Of a DNA stretch of 41,488 nucleotides, positions 1 to 10,836 are shown piece after piece. Under the pieces are notes generated by a model. It ran no database searches and was not told where the DNA came from. It saw only the letters and a program-made list of their open reading frames with translations. Numbering within the stretch: the stretch's first letter is position 1; every line of letters begins with the position of its first letter. This stretch comes from Octopus sinensis. Its lineage: Eukaryota. The translations under genes and the position numbers were made by a program. Where the stretch lies: assembly GCF_006345805.1 (NCBI RefSeq), contig NW_021832530.1, forward strand, positions 1-41,488, given 5' to 3'.

Positions 1-199
1 CATTAATTGAAAAATCCACACTTTATGTTTAATGGATCAAATAAATGTAAGTTATGTTAAAGTGAAAGTGCTCAGATTCTTTTCAGATCTAAAATACTTA
101 ACTCATTACTGAACTTTATGTCTGAAGTTTTCAGCAGTCGTAAACATATGTCTAAGTACATTTTGAAGAAGTGGAAAATTACGCCAGTATCTGATTAAT

Positions 200-311
200 T
201 GCCATGACACTGCATCCTTTAAGGCCCTCATGCTTTCCGAAATCCGCCGAAACTACACCTGATTATATATACACTTTAGATGAGTTGTAGTGCACCTGAG
301 CACTGTACACA

Positions 312-381
<70 letters not shown>
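200..381 (+). repeat. Probable 3' end of a LINE or SINE with (TAT)n tail
   Basis: Non-simple sequence ...gttgtagtgcacctgagcactgtacacaa runs directly into about 23 perfect TAT units, the usual layout of a retroposon 3' end; family not identified. Confidence 0.35.
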
Positions 382-384
<3 letters not shown>

Positions 385-894
385 CCTTATAACCTTTAAT
401 TCAAGGTCTAAGGAGAATAACTCTTTTACCTTTTGTACTTCTTACTTTTTTTACTTTTTCCCTTCTTCCTTTTGCGCTTTTTAACCTTCCACGTTTTCTA
501 CACGTGTCTTTTTTAACTTTTCACGTTCTTCTTTTGTTCGTTATAATATGTGGTTTGGTACCTGGTGGATATTGTTTGAGAATTTCTCAATATATGAACT
601 ACTAGTAACATATAAACATGTATTGTGTTTATTAAATAATATACATACATACATGCATACATACACACACATATATATATATACATATGTATGTATGTAT
701 GTATGTATGGTATGTAGTATGTATGTTTGTATGTATGTATGTATGGGGGGTTATGCATGTATGTATGTATGCATGCATGCATGTATGTAGGGTATGTATA
801 TATGTATGTATGTATGTATGTTAGACCTATATATATATATAGATATATATTATTATATATTATATATATATATAATATAATATATATATATATG

Positions 895-1612
895 TAAAAT
901 AATAAATATTAGGGAATAAATCCAAATTTACAGGGAAAATCAGATTTAGGATTAATCCAATTTTATAGTAAATATTATATAATATAATTCGAGACAAAAC
1001 CACTATTTTGCAAAACAAACAAGGAAAGACTTAATCAATACATAAAAATTTTTAATATAAAGAAATAAACCGCCACTACATCGTTTCATGTCTTCAATGA
1101 CATTCGTCAGGTGGATTTTCGATCTAAAATATCAATAATTAAATATAAGTTTAAATAATAAAATTATCAATGAAAAATATAAATATATATAACCTATATA
1201 TAATCTATATAATCTATATATAATCTATATATATTCAATATATAATCTAAAATAAACCCTATAAACATTGAATATAAAGAATCATTAATAAACCAATCAT
1301 GATAATGAAACCCATATATACATATAATGATAAAACACCCTTCCATCACCAATACCACAGCATAATCCTATATGCACATCCCATAAGCATTCACACACAA
1401 AACTACACTACGTAAAACACACACCCATAACATATACATATACTCCATCACATATACATATACATACGTACTAACTCGATATATACAACAATATATTCAC
1501 CCCACACCCATATAGGATAAATAAAATACACAACCAAAATTTTTATGTATTGATAAGTCTTTCCTTGTTTGTTTTGCAAAATAGTGGTTTTGTCTCGAAT
1601 TATATTATATAT
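895..1612 (-). mobile_element. Miniature PLE-derived element with hammerhead and 77-bp inverted repeat, in (TA)n
   Basis: Inverted repeat 976-1052 / 1536-1611 with one indel; HHR at 1073-1114 on the minus strand; both flanks are TA microsatellite; no ORF. Confidence 0.6.
1073..1114 (-). ncRNA. Minimal type I hammerhead ribozyme
   Basis: Minus strand reads CCAC-CUGACGA-AUGUC-auugaa-GACAU-GAAAC-gau-GUA-GUGG: intact core, stem I 4 bp, stem II 5 bp, 2-bp stem III, GUA cleavage triplet. Confidence 0.85.
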
Positions 1613-1821
1613 ATATATATTATATAACTACAAATTAGAGAATGGAGAAATAACTTAAATCAGTAAACATCAACTATCCGATGATACTCAATCCATACTT
1701 TAATACACCCCCAATTACATATGAGTAAAGGCAATACATAAAATGAAATGAATATACATTAATAGTAAAAAGATAAAGAGATATAAGAAAAAATTTTCAA
1801 ATAAATATGCAAATAAACAAA

Positions 1822-1929
1822 CTGACAGCTGTTTCGGCAGTGAGGACAGTCATACCTCATTTAACCTATAACCATAAGGCAGGTATAAATGAGGCATTAA
1901 CAAGATGCCCCACGGCCTCTTCAGAGAAT
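1822..1929 (-). ncRNA. Type I hammerhead ribozyme with extended stem II (left-arm copy)
   Basis: Minus strand: CUGAAGA-GGCcGUGGGGCA...UGuCCUCACuGCC-GAAAC-AGCU-GUC; palindromic stem III ACAGCUGU; proximal stem I only 2 bp. Confidence 0.7.
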
Positions 1930-3385
1930 AAATTAAATTTGTTATAATAGTGAAAATTATACAATCATATACATATAAATATAAAAATATAAAAATGTAA
2001 AAATAAAAACTTATACATCATAATGCTACACTTATATAATATATACACATTTGTACAAAAAGGAAGGTAACAGAACAAAATAAAACAAATATATAATAGT
2101 GTATATATTAATATCAATAAGTACCGATATTATACATATTTGGCTAATAGTTTTTTTTTATATATATAAAAAAAAGGCTAACATATATGGAGATGAAAAA
2201 TATATTAAATCCGTGGTACAGTTCATAAGATTCTAAGCTATAAAAGTTAATAAAAATTACTATTATCATAATAATAATATACTAATCTAATAATAATAAT
2301 AATAAAAATTAATAAAAAATAGATACAGTTAATTAGCACCAGTCCATCCTTACAAGATCGAAATAACTATGAGTTAAGAATGCTGACCACAAGGTAAAGA
2401 AAATATAGATTAATTCGATTGGCTATTGGTTTGAAATTTAAATCACAAAAAATTATACGGTTGGTTAGTCAGGGACGCCAATATTCACACACGCATCTAC
2501 AGATCATCGCACATACACACATAGTTATATGTATATACATACACTTATACACATACATAATCACAAGCAACAACTAGCACATAGATAAACAAAAGGGAAG
2601 CAACTATGCTACAATTTAGTCCTTCAAATTATAACTGTGCCTCAATAACAAAAGAAGAACCATCCATGCATTCCATAAAATATTTAATTTAGATATAAAT
2701 ATATTTTAAATATCATATGTTACTAAGTCAATACTTATTTCATGGTAACTTAAAATTTATAACACCGGTTTTGTTGCAGAGTAAAACATACGGTTGTTAG
2801 ATTTATCGTAAGTTTGTTAGGTTTTAAGTACCTAAATTAAAATATAAAATATAAATATATATTAATTTAAATATATAAATAGTGTCACTTATTAACGTTA
2901 ATAAATATAGTGCCATAATATACCAGTTTAGGCATTAAAGATAGAAGGGGAAGTATTAATGTAAACGCTTATGAGAACATCACAGAAATTTTAATAATTT
3001 TATATTATAAAGACTTAAGATGAAAGAGATAAATAATAAAGAAGGAATAAATACGAGGAAAAATACGGTTATACACAATTATAAGTACAAACCAGTATAT
3101 ATGTATTCATATATTATTAAAATTAATAAAAATAATGATAGATATGTATGTATAAAACTACCCCCAGTATAAGTAAATAAGTAAAAAATAAATAGGTAGC
3201 AAATTAGATGACTTGATATGTAATGTAACCATCTACACTTAAATAGGCAAATAAATAAATACAATAGAAGACTAGATGCAAAAATTGATAATATTACAAT
3301 AAAATGGAAATAAATAAAAATAATAAATAGAGTGAATATATATGTTATATTGTTGAAAGTAAATATGTATGGAAGGATAGTTTAA

Positions 3386-3600
3386 CCCTTTAGTATTTAA
3401 AAACCGGCCATATCCGGCCAAATAGCTAATCTGTTTTATGTTCAAACTGACAGATCCAGGCTCTCACACCTACCCTACAATGTTATTCTACATTAAGTAA
3501 TACACATCAAGATCTTGAAGATATGAGATAATGCATGATTAATTCAAATCAATGGAATCAATAACATTATGTTTGATAGAATAATCTGAACACTAAAGGG
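3386..3600. mobile_element. piggyBac-type MITE (215 bp) inserted in the left arm only
   Basis: TTAA at 3382-3385, termini CCCTTTAGT / ACTAAAGGG, then TAA; the right arm has the empty site (ctgtactttaaactatcc near 7177-7194). Confidence 0.8.
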
Positions 3601-4486
3601 TAAAGTACAGATCCAGAAGACTATAGATATAAACTAATATATGAGGCTGGTATAATTATAAAGCATAATGCATGTAATGAGAAAATGAAAAAAATGAAAA
3701 AGGTTTATCAGTGAATAGCATAAGATACAAATTAAGGTGAGTACAAAAAGACCAATATACAATAAACCTTCCAATAAACACATACAAAACCTATAATCTC
3801 AACCTAAACCCACCAAACTCACAAAAGGCTCTCATATATTACATATTATACAATATCATTACATTATCCAGAGCTAGGTATCTACCCAAGATATATATAT
3901 ATACTATGCAATATACTATGCAATTGGAAAACTTCAAAAATCACACATTACAAGGCAAGTACCAAATGAATATGTTATTTTGTCATATTGCAATTCCTCT
4001 TAAAACAAACAAAACCCACATACAAAAAACAAGAAACCAATAATACTAGACACATCCATTAATTATTATACAATGTAGCTATAAAAATTATAAAATTATA
4101 AAAATATATATTGTATACTTTAGAAAATAGAAGACCACAGGTATATTTAGTTAAAGAAGGGAGTTAAAAAAAAATTAATAATAGTGGAAGTGCTAAGTTC
4201 TATTTGAATCTAGAAAAGGTGAACGGTAGCCTATGAATACAAAAGAAGTTTTTTCATTATGTTTTAATAATTTGCCGACCCCTTTAATAATGAAGAAAAT
4301 TTCATTAATACATAGAGAGCATTTTTTATTTTTTCCATTATACACAGGTGCTGAAGTTAGTATTTTCCAGTTAATCTAAAATCTAGTTCTTATTTTTAAG
4401 TTCCCAAATGTATGCCACTTAGCCCTGTAGAGTACATTCTATTTTATTCCTAAAAGTATATCTGTGATAATTCCATCTTTGTTTTA

Positions 4487-6578
4487 CCATCCGCAATAAA
4501 TCAAACTAAACCTTTGGAAGAATACTCAGGGCTTTGGATTGGTTTTCTGCTGCCATTAAGGTCTGTGACAGTAACAACTTTAGCTATAATAGAAATAAAT
4601 TTATACAATTCGATATACAAATTATTACACTTCCATTAACCCTATTATATTAATAAGTCCTTAATTTTTGCTAGAAAACACACTAATTAAGTATGGGGGA
4701 GATTAAGGTTATACTAACAGCCAGGAAACTTTATAGAGTTTGATAATAAACTTTGGGCTAGAAAGGACCACCCAACTTGTTCGATATCACAATGGGATCG
4801 CCGGACTCAGCGGAGGTGACTGATCTAGTTGGGATGTATCTATTAGATAACTTTAGTAGGGAATTCCCTGAATTAAAAGGTGGATTATACAGGGATGACG
4901 CCTTATTTTGTGTTAGGAATACATCAATAGGAGATTAGATCTTCTGAAAAAAAGAATAATAAATTTTTTAAAAGCTTCGGCCTATCCATTATCATTGAAA
5001 GTGAAAATTATTCTGCTAATTATTTAGATGTTAATTGTAATATTACTAATGGTTTCATGAACCCTATATTAAACCTAATTCTAACCTAATATACATTAAC
5101 CGTTCAAGTAATCACCCCCCTCAAATTAAAATGCACTAGTGAGGAGCATTAGTCAGAGAATTTCTAGTTTATCCCTCAAACGAGGAAATTTTTAACAACA
5201 CTATGATAGATACAATGCAGCATTGCTAAGGCAGATATAAAGTAAGATTTGGTTTATACCTAAGGGGAACCCCCCTAATGGAGGTAGAACTATCAGGAAC
5301 AACACAAATAGATTTAGGATAATCCACAATATACATAAGAATTGTAAAATGGAATATATGATAACACCTATAGTAAATGTAGAAGTGATGTTAACCTTGG
5401 AAAGGTGAACGGTAGCTCAAATAGATCTAAACACGGGTATAGTAGGAATATTAATAATAATATACGAATTAAAACTTATGGTAGACATGATAATGGTAAA
5501 GTTTACTTGCGCAATAACCATGGTAATATTGATATAGATAAATATAACAATGACAGTGGTAGGAATAGTAATCCTATGAGTTGGTCTACGATATATTTTT
5601 ATTTTACAATAACATTAATTCTATAGGCAATCCTAATTCTGATAAGGATACTCTTTGGTTGATTATCCCATATGCAATGCAGATTAAAAAACATAGTGAG
5701 AGCTTTGCATAATGTTATTTTTAGGCATTTGGTAAGGATAAGAATAAATTTAGTCCTTTAATAACAACGGTACTGTTAGAGTGGGATATAGCATTACTCA
5801 TAATCTAGCCACCATTATCTCCTCTTTTTAATAACAAGAAACTGGATCACTTCTATAAGGATAGAAAATTGATTTAGACCAGGAAAACTTGCCCCTCTTC
5901 ATTAATAATAGGAATAGAAACTTTCTTGAACAAATGGGAACAACCTCCTTACTAATAATGAGTGCACCATACCTGTCGAGAGAATATAAATGAATAGATC
6001 ATACTACTACTACCAATACTAGTACTAGTGATAGGATTATAGCCGATAATGTGAAATTAACTCATTCGTTGATTTTGGGGTTTGGATGATGATAACAATT
6101 GTAACACTTATAATGTGAATAGTAGTATAGGGGTGTTTGTCCAATTTTAGATTTCCTCATTCTGTTATCTTTGTAATTTCAGAATAAAAATAAATGTGTA
6201 TTTGGTAATCAATGCCTCAGGAGGAGGTAGTTTACCAATGCACTGTAGATACACAATTGAGTAGTAGGTGTATATCGGGGCAACTATGAATAGCATAAAC
6301 AAGATGGAATTATCACAGATATACTTTTAGGAATAAAAATAGAATGTACTCTACAGGCTAAGTGCATACATTTGGGAACTTAAAAATAGAACTTAGATTT
6401 TAGATAAACTGGAAAATACTACCTTCAGCACCTGTGTAAATGGAAAAAAGAAAAAAATGCTCTCTATGTATTAATGAAATTTTCTTCTTATTAAAGCGGT
6501 CGGCAATTATTAACACATTAATGAAAAAACTTCTTTTGTATTCATAGGCTACCGTTCACCTTTTCTAGATTCAAATAG
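4487..6578 (+). pseudogene. Frameshifted PLE reverse transcriptase + C-terminal GIY-YIG endonuclease ORF
   Basis: Manual translation across frameshifts: KFIQFDI (~4597), FDITMGSPDSAEVTDLVGMYLL..GGLYRDDAL (4783-4905), YINRSSNHPPQI (~5090-5125), VRVGYSITHNLATII (~5775-5820), CNFRIK..C...QCL, VVYQCTV..VYIGAT (6228-6287), LSAYIWELK, KCSLCINE..IHR, stop 6576-6578. Confidence 0.85.
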
Positions 6579-8277
6579 AACTTAGCACTTCCACTATTAT
6601 TAATTTTTTAACTCCCTTCTTTAACTAAATATACCTGTGTCTTCTATAATTTCTAAGTATACAATTTATATATTTTAATTTTATAATTTTATAGCTACAT
6701 TTGTATAATAATTAATGGATGTGTCTAGTATTATTGGTTTCTGTGTTTTTTGTATGTGGGTTTTTGTTTGTTTTTTTAAGAAATTGCAATATGACTAAAA
6801 TACATATTCATTTTGGTACTTGCTTGTAATGTGTGATTTTGAAGTTTCCAATTTGCATAGTATATTGCATAGTATATATATATATCTTGGGTAGATACCT
6901 AGCTCTGGATAATGTAATGATATTGTATAATATGTAATATATGAGAGCCTTTTGTGAGTTTGGTGGTTTTAGGTTGAGATTATAGGTTTTTTGTATGTGT
7001 TTTTATTTGGAAGGTTTTTTATTGTATATTTGGTCTTTTTGTACTCACCTTAATTTGTATCTTATGCTATTCACTGATAACCTTTTTCATTTTTTTCATT
7101 TTCTCATTTACATGCATTATGCTTTATAATTATTACCAGCCTCATTATTTAGTTTATATCTATAGTCTTCTGGATCTGTACTTTAAACTATCCTTCCATA
7201 CATATTTACTTTCAACAATATAACTAATATTCACTCTATTATTATTTTTTTATTTATTTTCCATTTTATTGTAATATTATCAATTTTTGCATCTAGTCTT
7301 CTATTTATTAGTTATTTGCCTATTTAAGTGTAGATGTTTACATACATATCAAGTCATCTAATTTGCTACCTATTTATTTTTTACTTATTACTTACTGGTG
7401 GGATAGTAGTTTTATACATACATATCTATCATTATTTTTATTTATTTAATTTTATATATAATATATGAATACATATATACTGGTTTGTTATATTATGGGT
7501 GTAATAACCGTATTTATTCCTTCGTGTTTATTCCTAGTATTATGTATCTCTTTTCATCTAAGTCTTATAATATAAAATTTATTAAAATTTCTGTGATGTT
7601 CTCATAAGCGTTGTTTACATTAATACTTCCCTTCTATTCTTTATGCCTAAACTGGTATATTATGGCACTATATTTATTAAGTTAATAAGTGACTTATTTA
7701 TATTTAAATTAATTAATATATATTTTATAGGGATATTTTATAATTTAGCGTCTTAAAACCATAACAAACTTACGATAAATCTAACAACCGTATGTTTTAC
7801 TCGGCAACAAACCGGTGTTAGAAATTTTAAGTTACCCATGAAATAAGTATCTGACTTAGTACATACTGATATTTAAAAATATAGAGCTAAATTAAAGATT
7901 TTATGGAATGCATGGATGGTCTTCTTTTGTTATTGAGGCACAGTTAGAATTTTGAAGGACTAAATTGTAGCATAGTTGCTTCCCTTTTTGTTTATCTATG
8001 TGCTAGTTGTTGCTTGTGATTATGTATGTGTATAAGTGTATGTATATACATATAACTATGTGTGTATGTGCGATTGATCTGTAGATCGTGTGTGAATATT
8101 GGCGTTCCCTGACTAACCAACCGTATAATTTTCTTTTGTGATTTAAATTTCAAACCAATAGCCATCGAATTAATCTATATTTTCTTTACCTAGTGGTCAG
8201 CATTTCTTAACTCATAGTTATTTCGATCTTGTAAGATGGACTTGGTGCTAACTTAACTGTATCTATTTTTTATTATA

Positions 8278-8330
<53 letters not shown>

Positions 8331-8674
8331 AGTAATTTTTATTAACTTTTATAGCTTTAGAATCTTATGAACTGTACCACGGATTTAATTATTATTTTTC
8401 ATCTCCATATATGTTAGCCTTTTTTTTTATATATTAAAAAAACTATTAGCCAAATATGTATAATATCGGTACTTATTGAATTAATATATACACTATTATA
8501 TAAATTTTTGTTTTATTTTGTTCTGTTTACCTTCCTTTTTTTGTACAAATGTGTATTATATTATATAAGTGTAGCATTATGATGTATAAGTTTTTATATT
8601 TACATTTTTATATTTTATATTTATATGTATATGATTGTAATAATATTTCACTATTATAACAAATTTAATTTAAT

Positions 8675-8782
8675 TCTCTGAAGAGGCCGTGGGGCATCCT
8701 TGTTATGCCTCATTTATACCTGCCTTTATGGCGTATAGGTTAAATGAGGTATGACTGTCCTCACTGCCGAACAGCTGTCAGT
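8675..8782 (+). ncRNA. Type I hammerhead ribozyme with extended stem II (right-arm copy)
   Basis: CUGAAGA at 8678-8684; stem II base GGC 8685-87 / GCC 8766-68 encloses 84 nt of nested hairpin; GAAC here (one A fewer than the left copy) then AGCU-GUC. Confidence 0.65.
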
Positions 8783-9164
8783 TTTGATTTATTTGCATAT
8801 TATATTTGAAAATTTTTTACTTATATCTCTTTATCTTTTACTATTACTGTATATCTCATTTCATTTTATGTATTGCCTTTACTCATATGTAATGTGTATT
8901 AAAGTATGGATGGAGTATCATCGGATAGTTGATGTTTTACTGATTTAAGTATATTTCTCCATTCTCTAATTTTGTAGTATTAATTTACGGTAATATTATT
9001 ACCTTTACCCTATAATGCAATAGATGAACTGATTGTTTGACAATTTTTAACATCTATGTATTAATTTTGTTGGTCCTATCTAGCAGTATATTGGATATAT
9101 ATTATCCCATGGTGGGTTGAATTTTCAACCCCTATCTCATTTATAATATATATGTATATATATA

Positions 9165-9232
<68 letters not shown>

Positions 9233-9260
9233 ATATATATGTATGTATATATAATATATA

Positions 9261-9403
9261 CCGGAGTAAACACATAAATGTGAAACAAGGTGGAAAAAAG
9301 AGTACTACTCAAATACCAGTGGTATAGTATATGCTTTATTTTAAGCAGCAGATTTATTTTAAGTAACAGATTCTGTTGAATTTTCTGCTGCTTAAAATAA
9401 AGT
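9261..9403. mobile_element. Short hairpin-terminated repeat in (TA)n (copy 1)
   Basis: Shares about 90 nt with 14668-14809; 19-bp inverted repeat 9334-9352 / 9384-9402. Confidence 0.55.
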
Positions 9404-9423
9404 ATATATATATATATATATCA

Positions 9424-9960
9424 ACAATTGAGGGTAAAATTAATTAATCAATTTCACCAAGTGTTCAGTATGTAAAAGGACCATTTAAGGCGAATTCAAA
9501 ATATTACATTATAAAATAAGGGCTTAGTAAAATAAATTACTTTGCCACATACTGAACTTAGTAGAAATAGCAGCCAAAAAAAAAGGAGTGCAGAAATTTA
9601 CGCCTGCGCATTTTGAATTTGTTGGCACTGGCAGTTGGAGCTGGTTCATTTGAAGCGACAAGTTCGCCGATAGGTAAAGTTCCTTCTTTTTAGTGTTTCC
9701 AATCCAAATTAAGAATTTTGAGCTGACGAAAGAATGCTGATTTTATTTTGGCTAATCTTGAAACGTTGACGTACTCAAACGATCTATGTACTTGTGATAT
9801 TTTTCTGTATTTACCTCCAAACCTTCGTGAGCTGTCTGGAGTAAACATTATCTGAGAGAAATTTTCTTTAAGTAGTAGAAAGGCTAAAAAAATTTTTTTG
9901 GGCTGCTATTTCTACTAAGTTCAGTATGTGGCAAAGTAATTTATTTACTAAGCCCTAATT
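9424..9960 (+). mobile_element. Miniature PLE-derived element with hammerhead and 64-bp inverted repeat, in (TA)n
   Basis: Inverted repeat 9519-9582 / 9893-9956; HHR at 9717-9779; TA flanks; no ORF. Confidence 0.6.
9717..9779 (+). ncRNA. Type I hammerhead ribozyme
   Basis: UUUGAG-CUGACGA-AAGA...UCUU-GAA-ACGU-ug-ACGU-A-CUCAAA: stem I 6 bp, stem II AAGA/UCUU plus GCUGA/UUGGC, stem III ACGU/ACGU, GUA cleavage triplet. Confidence 0.8.
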
Positions 9961-10238
9961 ATATAATTATATATATATATATATAATATATAATATATAT
10001 ATATATTCCACACAAGCAAACAAGTGTTTGTATGTATACGTATATGTATATGTACCTTTATGCATTCTCATTCATATACATTCTTTTATGTATTTACACA
10101 CACAGACATGTCCTCGCGTGTGATGTGCATGCGAGTGTATGTAAGTATTAATGGTCTTAGCTGACCGCTTCTCCATACATTATTTTTTCCGTGGTACTTT
10201 GGCTGGCAGAATGACCACTGGCTTCATCACTGACACCA

Positions 10239-10390
<152 letters not shown>

Positions 10391-10508
10391 TGAATATTTT
10401 AAGAAATATATAGAAGGTAGGAAAATTAGAGAAATTTTCTACCAGTGGCTAGCATGCATAAGATATTCGTTAACACACACACACACACCACACACACATA
10501 TGTATATA

Positions 10509-10566
<58 letters not shown>

Positions 10567-10575
10567 ATATATATA

Positions 10576-10790
10576 CCCTTTCAAAATGTGACCTCGTGTG
10601 TATCGTTGGCAATTTTTTTCCCTCTGTCTTCCCTTCTCTGGATCTTTCCTTCTCCTATGTTTCCGACGAAGAGCTTCCGCTCGAAACGTTAAACCCTCCT
10701 TCTTTCCTTATTTCCTGAGCGTCCATAATACTATACTTGTTCCACGTCCTCGCATTGTTGTGTTTTTTTGTGCTTTCTTGGTGGATTAAC

Positions 10791-10793
<3 letters not shown>
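10576..10793 (+). mobile_element. Short HHR-like repeat in (TA)n
   Basis: GUUU-CCGACGA-a-GAGC-uucc-GCUC-GAAAC-GUU-AAAC at 10659-10694 (core U4C, palindromic stem III); diverged homolog in reverse orientation at ~17340-17485. Confidence 0.55.

Positions 10794-10836
<43 letters not shown>

Larger units (their letters stand above)
1627..4486 (-). mobile_element. Inverted 5'-truncated copy (left arm) of the Penelope-like element
   Basis: Reverse complement of 6296-8978 along its whole length (e.g. 1823-1929 vs 8675-8781; 4150-4486 vs 6296-6630); starts inside the GIY-YIG coding region and ends at a (TA)n tract. Confidence 0.9.
4487..9147 (+). mobile_element. Penelope-like retroelement (Naiad-like), 5'-truncated, with long 3' region or pseudo-LTR
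   Basis: RT and GIY-YIG motifs at 4487-6578, then about 2.5 kb of AT-rich non-coding sequence containing an HHR, ending at (TA)n near 9148. Confidence 0.85.

Noticed and set aside
236-300. ccgaaac...ctgatta as a possible hammerhead
   Set aside because: No CUGANGA core in a valid order and no supporting stems
1627-8978. Palindrome as a sequencing fold-back artefact
   Set aside because: Unique 1.8-kb coding spacer, a MITE in one arm only and a microsatellite length difference argue for two real copies; read-level confirmation is still needed
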